The notes under the pieces: model-generated | What the model saw: only the letters and a program-made list of their open reading frames with translations | Told to the model about the DNA's origin: nothing | The model's database searches: none | Program-made: the position numbers and the translations under genes | Shown here: one piece after another, positions 28,334 through 39,579 of the stretch | How positions within the stretch are numbered: the stretch's first letter is position 1 | Layout of the letters: every line of letters starts with the position of its first letter | Assembly: GCA_041678455.1 (NCBI GenBank) | Contig: JBAYOH010000003.1 | Location: 1-57,900, forward strand | DNA: 57,900 nt | Source of the DNA: Methanofastidiosum sp. | Lineage (GTDB): Archaea > Methanobacteriota_B > Thermococci > Methanofastidiosales > Methanofastidiosaceae | Direction of reading: 5' to 3'

Positions 28334-29635
28334 ATGTTTAGAAACATTGTCATTGTGGGAACAGGTTATGTTGGGATTCCTGTCGCCGCTATGTTTGCTG
28401 ATAAAGGTTTTAATGTAGTGGGAATCAACAGAACAAAAGCAAAAGTGGACCTTATAAACAGGGGGTTATGCCCTATAGAAGGGGATGAGCCAAACTTACC
28501 AGAGCTCATAGAAAAAGTTGTAAAGAATAAAAAACTTGTCGCAACTACTGACTATTCTGCATGTAAAACTGCTGATGCTATATTAATCTGTGTTGAAACT
28601 CCTTTTGATTCTGATAAATGGGAGCCACAGTATGATTCATTGAAATCTGCACTAAAGAGTGTGGCTGAAAATATGTCAAAAAACTCATTAGTTATTGTAG
28701 AATCAACTATAGCCCCCACAACTATGGAAACTCTAGTGAAACCAATCCTAGAAAATACTTCAAAGATGAAAGCAGGCAAGGACTTCTTACTTGGTAACTG
28801 CCCTGAGAGGGTAATGCCTGGAAAACTTCTCTATAATATCGAAAATCTCTCCAGAGTGTGTGGAGGTATAAACGAAGAGACTAGAGAGAGGATGCTTGTA
28901 CTCTATTCACATATTGTCAAAGGAGAGCTTTATCCAACAGACTGTATTACTGCCGAAGTTGTAAAAACTGCAGAAAACGCATACAGGGATGTTGAGATAG
29001 CCTTTGCTAATGAAGTTGCATTGATCTGTGAAAAACTTGGGATCAACGTCTACGAAGTAAGGGGATTAGTAAATAAAGCACCTTACAGAAATATGCATTT
29101 GCCTGGGGCAGGTGTCGGCGGGCACTGCCTCCCAAAAGACTCACTATTACTTTCTTACGGGGTAAAAGGTATACTAACCCCTGAACTTATGATACTTGCA
29201 AGAAATTTAAACAAAAAGATGCCAACCCATACCGCTGGGCTTTTGATAGATGCCTTAAACGAAAAAGGAATGGATGTTAAAGGCAAAAAGATTACCGTAT
29301 GCGGGTTTGCCTATCTAGAAAATTCTGATGATACCAGGAATACCCCTTCCCTAGAGGTAATTAACAGCCTAAAGGAGAAGGGTGCGATTGTTGAGGTTCA
29401 CGACCCATTTGTCAAGAGCTATGAAGGTCTTGAGATAAAAAAAGATTTTTACAGTTGTGTAAAAGACTCAGATGCACTTGTATTTGTCACAGCACACACT
29501 GAATACAAAAATCTTGACCTACACAAAATCAAGGGATTGATGAAGACCCCAATAATAATTGATGGAAGAAATATCTTTGACAAGGAAGAAATGATAAAAA
29601 GAGGATTCCTTTACAGAGGTGTTGGAAAAGGATAA
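28334..29635 (+). CDS. wbpA: UDP-N-acetylhexosamine 6-dehydrogenase (WbpA/WecC)
   Basis: GTGYVG, CPER, ENAYRDVEIAFANE, GGHCLPKD. Confidence 0.88.
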   Translation: MFRNIVIVGTGYVGIPVAAMFADKGFNVVGINRTKAKVDLINRGLCPIEGDEPNLPELIEKVVKNKKLVATTDYSACKTADAILICVETPFDSDKWEPQYDSLKSALKSVAENMSKNSLVIVESTIAPTTMETLVKPILENTSKMKAGKDFLLGNCPERVMPGKLLYNIENLSRVCGGINEETRERMLVLYSHIVKGELYPTDCITAEVVKTAENAYRDVEIAFANEVALICEKLGINVYEVRGLVNKAPYRNMHLPGAGVGGHCLPKDSLLLSYGVKGILTPELMILARNLNKKMPTHTAGLLIDALNEKGMDVKGKKITVCGFAYLENSDDTRNTPSLEVINSLKEKGAIVEVHDPFVKSYEGLEIKKDFYSCVKDSDALVFVTAHTEYKNLDLHKIKGLMKTPIIIDGRNIFDKEEMIKRGFLYRGVGKG

Positions 29636-30565
29636 TTAAATTTTTATTATTTTATTAGTCATGTAGGAATCAATTGCTGAGATTGCAACTTCAAGTGCAT
29701 GAAGTCCTTCCTCACCTGAAACTGGAGGTGCTGTGTTCTTTTTTAGATAATTGATAAAACATTCAAGCTCTATTGCCAATGGCTCTTTTCTTTCGATTTT
29801 CGCATCCTTTTCCCATTCTTTGTCAAATAAAATAAGCTTCTGCTCAATATAATCAACTTCGGCTATGCCTTTGTCTGCAACAACAGTAAGGCTTCTGACT
29901 TTATGCGGGGTATGCCAATTGGTATCAATTAATCCTGTGCAGGTATTTCCAAAAGTCATTAGAATTGTTGCAAAGTCCTCAAAAGGATGCATTCTTTTAC
30001 CACCTGTTGCGTATACTGTTTTTACTTTTTCTTCCAATAAAAAAGACATTATGTCGATATCATGAACGCCTAAATCAATAATAATACCCACATCCCTTAT
30101 CCTAGGGTTGTAAGGCCCGACCCTCTTTGAAGACATTGTGACAACTTTTCCGAGTGTGTCATTTTTTATTAATTCCTTTAGCTTTTGAATAGCTGGATTA
30201 AATCTTTCGATATGACCAACTGAAAGCTTTACACCTTCTTTCTTAGCGTTGTCAATTATTTCTTTACCGTGTTCAACGGTGTCTGCGATGGGCTTTTCAA
30301 CTAGGATGTCAACACCATTTTCGATAAGATAGTCGCATACGCTCTTATGGAGTTTTGTTGGAACAGCGACAACAGCAGCATCTATCCCTTCTTTTACAAG
30401 CTCTTTGTAATCCAAAAAACCTTTAGTGTTAAAATTACCGGATAATTCTGAGACTCTTTTTTTGTCGATATCAGATATCCCAGTTAGTTCAACATCCATC
30501 GACGCAAGATTTCTTATGTGGTGACCCCCCATAACTCCAGCGCCTATTACCCCAACTTTTATCAT
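29636..30565 (-). CDS. Gfo/Idh/MocA oxidoreductase (WbpB-like 3-dehydrogenase)
   Basis: GAGVMG, VEKP, GHIERFNP, DLGVHDID. Confidence 0.85.
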   Translation of the reverse strand: MIKVGVIGAGVMGGHHIRNLASMDVELTGISDIDKKRVSELSGNFNTKGFLDYKELVKEGIDAAVVAVPTKLHKSVCDYLIENGVDILVEKPIADTVEHGKEIIDNAKKEGVKLSVGHIERFNPAIQKLKELIKNDTLGKVVTMSSKRVGPYNPRIRDVGIIIDLGVHDIDIMSFLLEEKVKTVYATGGKRMHPFEDFATILMTFGNTCTGLIDTNWHTPHKVRSLTVVADKGIAEVDYIEQKLILFDKEWEKDAKIERKEPLAIELECFINYLKKNTAPPVSGEEGLHALEVAISAIDSYMTNKIIKI

Positions 30566-31647
30566 TCGAATTCCTCAAAGAACGAAACAATATGTTCAAT
30601 TTCTTCTTTATTTAGTAATGGGTGGACAGGGATCGATATTACTTCTTCTGCAGCTTTTTCTGTTTCTTTTAGTTTATCCTTGTACCCAAGTTCAATGTAC
30701 AATGGCTGCTTGTGCAGGGGCATTGGGTAGTAAATGCCATAGCCTATGCTAGCTTTTTCAAGACCTTGAATTACTTCATTCCTTCTGCCATCTTTTATTC
30801 TCAAAGTATACTGGTGAAAAACATGCTCATTATTTGGATTAATTTTTGGGCATTGCAAGTAGCCTAGCCCAGATAGTTTTTTTGAATAATATTCGGCATT
30901 TTTTTGTCTAGTTTTATTAAATCCATCGAGTTTGTTCAGCTGGCAAATGCCGATAGCCGCACAAATATCAGTCATCCTAAAGTTAAATCCCAGTGTATCA
31001 TAATAGTACCTTTTCTCCTGGCCATGATTTCGGAATTTTCTTGCTTTTTCATAAACTGATTTGTTGTTAGTTGTGATCATTCCGCCTTCCGAAGTTGTCA
31101 TGTTTTTTGTTGGATAGAATGAAAAGCATCCGGTACCAAATGAACCCGCCCTTTTCATGTCAAATTTTGCACCGTGTGCTTGGGCGGCATCTTCAATTAA
31201 AATAAGATTATGATCCTCGCATATCTCATTTATTACTTTTAGATCTGCCATTTGCCCATATAGGTGGGCAGGCATTATAGCCCTTGTCTTCTTAGTAATT
31301 TTATCTTCTATCAAAGATGGGTCTAAATTAAATGAATTTGGATCTATATCGACAAAAACTGGCTTTGCACCTGTGAAAAGGACAGAGTTGGCTGTTGCAA
31401 CAAATGTAAATGATGTGGTTATGACCTCATGTCCCTTCCCTATGCCATTTGAAAGAAGGGCGACATGCAAAGCTGTTGTTCCATTAGAGGTAGCTATTGC
31501 ATATTCTGTTCCAATATAATTTGCAAATTGTTTTTCAAATTCATCGACTTTTTTTGATTGAGCCATATTTCCGCTCATTAATACAGATTTGACAGCTTCT
31601 ATTTCTTCTTCTGTAATAGATGGTTTTGCAATTGGTATCATTTTCAT
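30562..31647 (-). CDS. DegT/DnrJ aminotransferase (WbpE-like)
   Basis: [20 protein letters not shown] lysine. Confidence 0.9.
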   Translation of the reverse strand: MKMIPIAKPSITEEEIEAVKSVLMSGNMAQSKKVDEFEKQFANYIGTEYAIATSNGTTALHVALLSNGIGKGHEVITTSFTFVATANSVLFTGAKPVFVDIDPNSFNLDPSLIEDKITKKTRAIMPAHLYGQMADLKVINEICEDHNLILIEDAAQAHGAKFDMKRAGSFGTGCFSFYPTKNMTTSEGGMITTNNKSVYEKARKFRNHGQEKRYYYDTLGFNFRMTDICAAIGICQLNKLDGFNKTRQKNAEYYSKKLSGLGYLQCPKINPNNEHVFHQYTLRIKDGRRNEVIQGLEKASIGYGIYYPMPLHKQPLYIELGYKDKLKETEKAAEEVISIPVHPLLNKEEIEHIVSFFEEFE

Positions 31648-32231
31648 TCCTCTAATAGTTCATAGTTTTCTTTATTCAAATAAAAGGTAGTCTTGCATAC
31701 TGTGCATTCCATTAAAACTTTATCCTTTTCTTCACCGACTTTGACTGCTTTCCTGCCGCATTTACAGACAAAACCTTTGATCTTTGCGGGATTTCCGAAA
31801 ACAAGCCCATATGCTGGAACATCCTTTGTAACTACTGCACCTGACCCCACCATAGCGTATTCGCCGATAGTCGTTCCACATATTATAGTGGCATTGGCGC
31901 CTATGGAGGCCCCTTTCTTAACGAGGGTCGTAACAAACTCCCAGTTGCTGTTGAAAGCTCTTGGATACAAATCGTTTGTAAATGCCATGTGAGGGCCCAA
32001 AAAAACATCATCTTCGACTTCGACACCGTGATAGACAGAAACACCATTCTGGATCTTAACATTGTTTCCAATTTTCACATCAAAGTCGATGTAAACGCAC
32101 TTGCTAATAATGCAGTTCTCACCTATTTTTGCCCCTTCCCTAATCTGTGATTGATGCCAAACTTTAGTATTTTTACCAATTATGGCACCTTTAGAAATTT
32201 CTGCAGTTTCATGAACAAAGTAATCTGCCAT
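31644..32231 (-). CDS. Hexapeptide N-acetyltransferase (WbpD-like)
   Basis: FTND-x-[18 protein letters not shown]-terminal CxC...CxxC. Confidence 0.88.
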   Translation of the reverse strand: MADYFVHETAEISKGAIIGKNTKVWHQSQIREGAKIGENCIISKCVYIDFDVKIGNNVKIQNGVSVYHGVEVEDDVFLGPHMAFTNDLYPRAFNSNWEFVTTLVKKGASIGANATIICGTTIGEYAMVGSGAVVTKDVPAYGLVFGNPAKIKGFVCKCGRKAVKVGEEKDKVLMECTVCKTTFYLNKENYELLEE

Positions 32232-32273
32232 AGAAAAATAGTATAATAAAAAGAATTTAAAATTATCTGATGA

Positions 32274-33227
32274 TTATCTTGGTAAAACGTACAATACTCC
32301 GGCTATGCCAGACAGAACAGAAAACAAGTAGCATAGTATTATGGCTTTTTTTTCAGTCATGGGAAAATAGTAAGGTAAAAACCATTTCACGGTAAGATTA
32401 TTTGGGACATGAAGTATCCCATTCTCGTCTACTTCCCCGAATTTAATATGGGGATATCCCCTTATTTTCCAATAGACAAACATTAAGAAGTTGATGATAT
32501 GAGGTATTAGTATTATTACTCCAAATATCTCCATGTTTTGGAATATTATAAATCCTCCAAGTGCCCCCCCAATCATGAGAGTACCGATATTGCCTAAGAA
32601 TATCCTTGAAGGGTATTTATTGAAGTACATGAAAGCTATCATTGCCCCCAGTATAGGTGCGACATAAACAAGACCGATATACCCATATTTTATGAAAGAT
32701 GCGATGGCTGAAAATGTCAATAGTATCGTGGTAACGCCCCCTGAAATCCCGTTGAATCCTGAATGCATATTTACTAAGTTTGAAACAACCATGACATAGA
32801 GAGGAGCGATAATATAGGAGAATAATATCCCAAGTTCTATCTCGATGAATATAAGTGAGAGATTTGTATCAAGATTTAGGAGTGCTATAGGGAATGCTAA
32901 AAAGAAAGGGGCAATGAGTTTTATTTTCCTCCCCACATCCACAAGGTCATCCACCAATCCAAAAATAGCATAAATAAAGATCACAAAATAGAATATCAAA
33001 AGCTCCTCAATCTGCAGGAAAAAAATCTGGATTATGATCAAAGAGGATAGAACTCCCATTAGTATAGGAAGGCCCCCCATTGTCGGGACTAGAGTTTTTT
33101 TAGTTTTATAGTAATCTTTTACTACATGACCTTCTTCTACAAATTTCTGGATGAATTTAGGTATCAAAAAAAAAGTAACTAAAAAACTGACAATTATGGA
33201 AATAAAAAAAATTAAGTAGGTTTGCAT
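32274..33227 (-). CDS. aglH: Polyprenol-P HexNAc-1-P transferase (GT4, AglH/Alg7-like)
   Basis: PTMGG, GLVDD, NMHSGFNG, FLGNIG. Confidence 0.75.
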   Translation of the reverse strand: MQTYLIFFISIIVSFLVTFFLIPKFIQKFVEEGHVVKDYYKTKKTLVPTMGGLPILMGVLSSLIIIQIFFLQIEELLIFYFVIFIYAIFGLVDDLVDVGRKIKLIAPFFLAFPIALLNLDTNLSLIFIEIELGILFSYIIAPLYVMVVSNLVNMHSGFNGISGGVTTILLTFSAIASFIKYGYIGLVYVAPILGAMIAFMYFNKYPSRIFLGNIGTLMIGGALGGFIIFQNMEIFGVIILIPHIINFLMFVYWKIRGYPHIKFGEVDENGILHVPNNLTVKWFLPYYFPMTEKKAIILCYLFSVLSGIAGVLYVLPR

Positions 33228-33238
33228 GGCATCAGCTG

Positions 33239-35392
33239 TTATCTTAATATTCTATAAATCTTTACATAACCGTTATCGTACACAAGATTATAGTTTTGAA
33301 GACCGCTCTCGTAAACAATAAGTCTTGCAAACAAAGTATCTTTAATAGTTTCAGGCATCATTATTGCGTTTTGTGGTGTGATGTAAATTATCTGAGGTAT
33401 CGATTGAAAAGTATACTGGACATTCTCATATACAAAGTTCTCGTCATTTGGATTTTCAATAACAAAGTTTGAAACACCGTAACGCTGATTGTTCTGTTCT
33501 ATGTAGCAGTAAGTATTTGTATCGCCAGTAACTAGGAAAAGCCTAGTTGCACCGCTTTCATATACATATGTAGTTACATTGTTCAATCTAGATGTGCCTT
33601 TGAAATAGAAATAAGCGGTCCTGAACGCATCCCTCCCTATCACGCTGTTAAGTACGCTAGTTTTAACTAAAAGGCTCTGGTCTACAAGTACATAATTCAT
33701 CCTAAAATTATTCCCAGTTGCCCTGTATGCTTCTTGCTCCATTGCTGTTATCTTCTGAATACCGGTAGAATCAGTAGCTCCAAGGAACTCTCCGAAACCA
33801 CTTATCCACGGACCCATTCCGCTTCGCATACCATCAGAGATTGTTCGTCTTCCACCAACTGTCTGTATCCAGTACCCATAATCCCACCAGTTGCAGACAA
33901 TTTCTTCCTGAGGGGTATTCTCGTTTAACCATAGAAGTGCAGAGAGCCAGTTGTCATCGAGGTGAGGGGATTGAGAAGTTCTATAAGGGATTGAACCTCC
34001 GTATCTCTGATCCAAAGGATTGTAGAGAGACAGAGAACTGAATATAATAAGAGCAATGACTGTAATTGTAAGTGCCTTTTCTTTTGAAAACTTATTTGTT
34101 AAGAAGTCATAAATTCCCATAAATCCGAATGCAGCCATTATGGCAAATGTAATGCCACCAAAAAATGAGTTTCTTAGCATCTGGTAAGACATGAAAGTAT
34201 TAAATGCAAAAGCGGACAAAATAAAGAGGGTTTGTTTGGCATTTTTATTACTAAGTATCTGGGATACCCCATATACCACACCTATTATCGCCATTATCGG
34301 GAATAAGTAAAATTTGTCTAAAAAGTCAGAGAATGTACTTGACTGGCCCTGACCAGATATCCCGCTGATATCGATGCTCCTAAATAGATATCCTAATATA
34401 TTGTAGTTTAGCACAAACTCAGCTATTGCGATAAGAATGACAGAAAGCACAGCCATAAAAGCAATGTAATACCTCCTGTCTTTTGCAAAATATCCAGAGA
34501 AATTAATGATGGATGCAAATCCCAGTCCTAATAGAGCAAGATAGATCCTAAGTGATTCCAATTTATATGTTGGTATCAAGAAATTGGCGTAAATCAAAGA
34601 AACAAAGCAAACTCCCGCCAATACCCACATATCAAGATCCTTTAGGATTTTATCTTTGAGTGTAAGATTTTTGATTTTTTTAGTTTCTTTAATGAAAGGT
34701 TTAAACAGCACGTATGTCGCAACTATTAGAGGTATAAAGAAGAAATTGCCAAATGTGTTTGCATACAAGATCAACACAACAAGAGAGAGCACCCCATATA
34801 ATATAATTTTGTTTCTTTCCTTTTCTTTCATTATATACATGGCTAACAGCATAAAAAGGATAAAGAAAAATGAACCGAGTGTATCCTTCCACAATCCTCC
34901 TCCTGAAGTCCTGTAGATAAACGCAGGCATTATTGCAAGGAAGAAAGAGGATATAACTGCAACATACTTATTTCCCCATGCTTTTAATGCAACAAAGTAT
35001 ATTAAAATTACACCTATTATTCCTACGAATATCGGAAGGTACATATGGACTTTTAGGAGATTAGCACCAGTTACTTTTGATATCATTGAGGTCAATATAG
35101 GGAGACCTTGCAAATCTTCGGCCACAAATGATCTGACAACTGTTGGCGCCATTGGGTCTACTCCAGGAAGCCCACCAAGAAGATAGTAAGTTGCCTCCCT
35201 TAGGAAGAAATACGGGTCATACCCCAAAAGCCTATTAAATCTCAGGGGCCAAGATCTCATAAAATATCCAATAACTATAGATAATACGAGACCTATAACG
35301 ATAAGATAATTATCAAGATTATTAATCCCTTTAAAAGAAAATTTTTCTTTACTATTGGTTTTTTTATTTTTTTTCCCTTTAGCCTTAGCCAT
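33239..35392 (-). CDS. aglB: Oligosaccharyltransferase AglB
   Basis: GYDPYF, WWDYG, DGM; multi-TM N-terminal region. Confidence 0.93.
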   Translation of the reverse strand: MAKAKGKKNKKTNSKEKFSFKGINNLDNYLIVIGLVLSIVIGYFMRSWPLRFNRLLGYDPYFFLREATYYLLGGLPGVDPMAPTVVRSFVAEDLQGLPILTSMISKVTGANLLKVHMYLPIFVGIIGVILIYFVALKAWGNKYVAVISSFFLAIMPAFIYRTSGGGLWKDTLGSFFFILFMLLAMYIMKEKERNKIILYGVLSLVVLILYANTFGNFFFIPLIVATYVLFKPFIKETKKIKNLTLKDKILKDLDMWVLAGVCFVSLIYANFLIPTYKLESLRIYLALLGLGFASIINFSGYFAKDRRYYIAFMAVLSVILIAIAEFVLNYNILGYLFRSIDISGISGQGQSSTFSDFLDKFYLFPIMAIIGVVYGVSQILSNKNAKQTLFILSAFAFNTFMSYQMLRNSFFGGITFAIMAAFGFMGIYDFLTNKFSKEKALTITVIALIIFSSLSLYNPLDQRYGGSIPYRTSQSPHLDDNWLSALLWLNENTPQEEIVCNWWDYGYWIQTVGGRRTISDGMRSGMGPWISGFGEFLGATDSTGIQKITAMEQEAYRATGNNFRMNYVLVDQSLLVKTSVLNSVIGRDAFRTAYFYFKGTSRLNNVTTYVYESGATRLFLVTGDTNTYCYIEQNNQRYGVSNFVIENPNDENFVYENVQYTFQSIPQIIYITPQNAIMMPETIKDTLFARLIVYESGLQNYNLVYDNGYVKIYRILR

Positions 35393-35469
35393 AAAAATCT
35401 CCCTACTTAATGGGCTTAAAAATAATTTAAATACTTAACTGAAAAAAAGAATATAAAAATAAAAAAGAA

Positions 35470-37053
35470 TTAATTCTTTCGTCTTCTGAAGTAGTAATAG
35501 ACTAATGCTGCAGCGCCCAATACCCCAGGGATCTCAAATCCAGGTACACCTTTGATAGGCGAGGTTGATTCTTGTTCAACTGTGACATATATTACATCCC
35601 TGTCTGTTTCTCCGTTGTTGTCTGTTACAACTAGGGTCACTTTGTAAACACCTGGTGTTGCATATGAGTGCAAAGGCTCCTTTTCATCTGAACCCCTGTC
35701 GTCTCCAAAATCCCAATCATATTTTGTTATTGTCCCGTCAGGATCTGTAGATTTTGAAGCGTCAAAATGAACTGCTTCGCCAACTTTTACTTTGACATCA
35801 CTTCCAGCATCTGCTTTTGGAGGTTTATTTGTAGTAGGCGGTGGTATAGTTGAATCTTCTGTGATTATGGCAATTGCTGTATCGGTATTTGTGGCCCCGT
35901 TATTATCTGTGACCGTTAGTGAAACTGTATATGTGCCTGGAGAAGAGTATACATGGCTTACTATTGACCCAGATGAGCTACCCCCATCCCCAAAGTCCCA
36001 TGCATAGCTAATTATAGTGCCATCTGAATCTGTAGAGCTAGAGCCATTAAAACTAACAGATTGCCCAACTTTAGAAGTTTTGTTGGCGCCTGCATTTGCC
36101 TGGGGAGGATTATTTGAAGGTGTTGGTGTAGGTGTTACAGACACAGTTAAGGTTTGAGTACGCTCATTATTTGCTTCGTTTTCCTCTGAAACAGTGTTAG
36201 ATGGATCTATTCCAACTTTTACAGTAGTAGAACCTTCAGGTAGTATTAAGGTTGGAACATTAATTGTAGCGGTTGATCCTGAGGGCATACTAACGTTTCC
36301 AGTGCCATCAAATTTAGTAACTCCGTTAAACCATATCTTTAGTCCAACTTCTCCACTGTAATCTCCTGCACCGCTGTTTGCAATAGTCACTACAACCATA
36401 TTGGAAGCACCTTTTTCGATATTGGTAATTTTAAAATCAGGTTTGCTTGATGGGGAGCTGTAGAAGTATAATAAAGTGGGTTTGTTGAAAGTAATCCTAT
36501 CAACTTGACCATCGTTGTCAGTTGTAGTTGCATATTCTATTCTAAACTGTAAATTTTTCTTGCCGGATGCAACTGCATTTGCAAGTTCAGACTTAACGTC
36601 CATCACATCACTTGGAGCCGAGCCACCAGACCATACTGTGGATAACTTTGGCCCATTAAAATCTGATACAGTTAAACTAGTCCCATAATCTACATTGTAC
36701 ACCCTTAGATTACCTAAAGTGGCAAAAGGATTGCCTAAAGTTATGGTATTGTCTGTGAGCCCAAGAGTTGCAGAAGTAATAGTAGAGCCTGCGGGGATAG
36801 AAGATATATCAAAACTCAAGAAACATCTGATCTGCAAATTTCCAGCTTGATCTCCTGCCGTATATGTTCCACTACTATAAGTTGATCCTGCACTTGTCAT
36901 GCTTCCGCTTAAGCCAGCATCAGGCGCATGAAGTAGAAGGGTGACTAATGGTATAGGCTCTATAATAAATGGTATACTCGTTGTAGTTGTTAAAAGGCCG
37001 AGGAACAAAGTTGTTGCTAAAATTAAAGATATTATTTTTGTTTTGTTTTTCAT
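35470..37053 (-). CDS. Surface protein: signal peptide, DNRLRE-like, CARDB, two PKD domains, PGF-CTERM
   Basis: FLSFDISSIPAG; DPSNTVSEENEANN; WDFGDG twice; VPGFE-TM-RRRKN. Confidence 0.88.
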   Translation of the reverse strand: MKNKTKIISLILATTLFLGLLTTTTSIPFIIEPIPLVTLLLHAPDAGLSGSMTSAGSTYSSGTYTAGDQAGNLQIRCFLSFDISSIPAGSTITSATLGLTDNTITLGNPFATLGNLRVYNVDYGTSLTVSDFNGPKLSTVWSGGSAPSDVMDVKSELANAVASGKKNLQFRIEYATTTDNDGQVDRITFNKPTLLYFYSSPSSKPDFKITNIEKGASNMVVVTIANSGAGDYSGEVGLKIWFNGVTKFDGTGNVSMPSGSTATINVPTLILPEGSTTVKVGIDPSNTVSEENEANNERTQTLTVSVTPTPTPSNNPPQANAGANKTSKVGQSVSFNGSSSTDSDGTIISYAWDFGDGGSSSGSIVSHVYSSPGTYTVSLTVTDNNGATNTDTAIAIITEDSTIPPPTTNKPPKADAGSDVKVKVGEAVHFDASKSTDPDGTITKYDWDFGDDRGSDEKEPLHSYATPGVYKVTLVVTDNNGETDRDVIYVTVEQESTSPIKGVPGFEIPGVLGAAALVYYYFRRRKN

Positions 37054-37119
37054 AACTTCACCTATATTGTCCCATTATTATTAGAAAAGAAAGATATTTA
37101 AATCTTATTATAGGTTTAA

Positions 37120-37644
37120 TCATGATTTTAATTTCTTAGCTGCAGTCTTTAGTGCAACTAAAATACTTTTTTGAGGCATTATTGTCACAACAGGTATTGC
37201 AACAACTTTTTCTACGATGGAGCTTACTATTGGGGCGCATACCAATGCACTAGCACCGTCTCTTTCTGCCCTAATAGACTGAATGAATACTTCTTCAATA
37301 TTTGTAACAGAATACTCTTTAATCAAATATTTATTATCGCCCTCAAATATATAATTCTCATCAAGCATGTTTAGTGCCGATCTTGAAGCTACTAGTGCAA
37401 TGAACTTATCATCATTTTCTTCCTCCTCTTTTAGTACTTCATGAATCTTTCTTAGTGTTTTGAGGTTTGGTTCCCTATCTCCAGAAAAAATCTTATAAAT
37501 AGTTGGAAGTGGTATCCCCGAAATATCAGAAAAATTTTTGATGGTTCCAAAGCTTTTTATTAAAAGTGATTCCAATTCAACTTTAAATTTATCATTAGTA
37601 AAAAATATGATCTCTTTTAATCTTTCTGTTTCTGTGTGCCCCAA
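37120..37644 (-). CDS. XRE-HTH transcriptional regulator (methanogen type)
   Basis: ISGIPLPTIYKI...REPNLKTL; AERDGASALVCAPI. Confidence 0.8.
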   Translation of the reverse strand: MGHTETERLKEIIFFTNDKFKVELESLLIKSFGTIKNFSDISGIPLPTIYKIFSGDREPNLKTLRKIHEVLKEEEENDDKFIALVASRSALNMLDENYIFEGDNKYLIKEYSVTNIEEVFIQSIRAERDGASALVCAPIVSSIVEKVVAIPVVTIMPQKSILVALKTAAKKLKS

Positions 37645-37758
37645 CTTATCACTTAATGTATATTTATAGATCGTATATTTATACTTTTGGGTAATAATTT
37701 TATACTATAATAGTAAAATTTATAAATCAGAATAATGATTATTATACAGGTGAATTAA

Positions 37759-38751
37759 ATGAAAAAAATATTTGGTATACTTGCTTCTATCTTGATTGCT
37801 TCGACACTTCTTCTAGGATGTGTAGGGCAAGGAACAGATGATGCAAAAAAAATGACCGAACTTAGGATAGGTTACCAGCCAAGCACCCACCAGATTGCAG
37901 AAATGATTGCAATGGAAAAGGGATGGTGGCTAAACGATCTTAGGAAGTACGGAATTGAAAAAGTAACAGATTATGAATTTCCTTCTGGGCCTCCAGAGAT
38001 GCAGGCAATGCTTGGTGGGCAGATTGATATAGCCTATGTAGGTGCAACACCACCTATACCTGCAATTGACCAAGGCCTAGACGCTAAAATAGTTGCTGCC
38101 GCCCAGACGCAGGGTTCCGATATATCCATATGGCCAGAAAGTAACTATACCGGTCCATCGTTCTTTATTGGAAAAAAGATAGGCACATTCCCCCCAGGAT
38201 CAATACAGGATATGGTATTGAAGAAATGGTTAATGGACAACGGGATAGATGTTTCGAAAGTTGACATAAAAGCCATGGGGCCAGGAGATGCTACTACAGC
38301 TTTAACAGCCAAACAAATTGATGCGACGTTCTTACCTCACCCTTCACCTGCTCTTCTAGAGATAGATGGTAATGGAAAGAGCGTAGTTGAGTCCGGAGAA
38401 ATGTGGCCAGGGCACGCCTGTTGCGTTCTTTTAGTTAGTGGAAAACTAATGAGGGAAAATCCAGAGCTTGTAAAGGAAATTATAAACATCCACATCAAAT
38501 CCACCGAATATATCAATGAAAATCCAGAAGAGTCTGCGGAGATAGCTTCAAGAAAACTGGGATTAAGTAGAGAGGTTGTAGAGTATTCTATGAAAAACTC
38601 TGACACAACATTCATTCACGATCCAAATGCTATAATTTCATACATGGAAGCATATGCAAAAGAACACTACGATCTTGGGTATACAAAAAAGCTCCTTACA
38701 GCAAAAGATCTCATAGATACAAAGCTTTATGACGAAGTTACTAAAAAATAA
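37759..38751 (+). CDS. NitT/TauT ABC substrate-binding lipoprotein
   Basis: LLGC lipobox, IGYQPSTH, GPPEM, HACC. Confidence 0.88.
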   Translation: MKKIFGILASILIASTLLLGCVGQGTDDAKKMTELRIGYQPSTHQIAEMIAMEKGWWLNDLRKYGIEKVTDYEFPSGPPEMQAMLGGQIDIAYVGATPPIPAIDQGLDAKIVAAAQTQGSDISIWPESNYTGPSFFIGKKIGTFPPGSIQDMVLKKWLMDNGIDVSKVDIKAMGPGDATTALTAKQIDATFLPHPSPALLEIDGNGKSVVESGEMWPGHACCVLLVSGKLMRENPELVKEIINIHIKSTEYINENPEESAEIASRKLGLSREVVEYSMKNSDTTFIHDPNAIISYMEAYAKEHYDLGYTKKLLTAKDLIDTKLYDEVTKK

Positions 38752-38790
38752 AGGATAAATATTTAAATTAATTTTTTATTTATTGTCCAA

Positions 38791-39579
38791 ATGAATGGAT
38801 ACGACAATTTTCTAAAAAAGTATAAGATTTATACTATAATATCATTTGGAATAGCAGTTGTTATATGGCAATTTATTGCAGTTTTTATAGTTAATAACTC
38901 ATTTATTCTACCAAGTTTCACCGAGACAATCACATCTTTATACGATTTGATAGTGAGGATGGAGATATTCACTGATTTATTAATAAGTTTGTACCATTTT
39001 GCCATAGGGATGTTCTTTGCGATTATTTTTGGGATACCTATGGGGATTGCTATGGGATGGTTTAAGAAAATAGATAATCTGATGGACCCCTTAATTGAAT
39101 TATTAAGGCCTGTGCCACCTTTAGCTTGGATACCTTTTGCAATAGTCTGGTTTGGATTAACTCATCAGTCTGCAGGTTTTATTATTTTTATCGGGGCATT
39201 TTTCCCAATACTTACCAACACATACTCAGGATTTAGCAGTGTTCCAAAAACTTTAGTTGAAGCGGCGAAGGTTTTAGGGTGTACCAAAAATAAAGACTTG
39301 CTCAAATCAGTAGGTCTCCCCTCCTCGTTTCCAGATATAGCTGTTGGGCTAAGAGTTGCAATGGGAATAGGGTGGATGTGTCTTGTCGCTGCAGAACTTT
39401 TTGGGGTAAGTAAAGAAGGTCTTGGGTATAAGATCTGGTGGTATTATTATCTTCACAGAATGGATAATGTTCTCTCTTATATGATAGCCTTAGGCCTTAT
39501 AGGATTAGGGATAAATTGGGTATTCAGATACGTTGTGGAGAAAAAACTTCTCAAGTGGATGGAGGGGACTGTATATTAA
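38791..39579 (+). CDS. NitT/TauT ABC permease
   Basis: LRPVPPLAWIP, EAA loop, LVAAE. Confidence 0.9.
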   Translation: MNGYDNFLKKYKIYTIISFGIAVVIWQFIAVFIVNNSFILPSFTETITSLYDLIVRMEIFTDLLISLYHFAIGMFFAIIFGIPMGIAMGWFKKIDNLMDPLIELLRPVPPLAWIPFAIVWFGLTHQSAGFIIFIGAFFPILTNTYSGFSSVPKTLVEAAKVLGCTKNKDLLKSVGLPSSFPDIAVGLRVAMGIGWMCLVAAELFGVSKEGLGYKIWWYYYLHRMDNVLSYMIALGLIGLGINWVFRYVVEKKLLKWMEGTVY

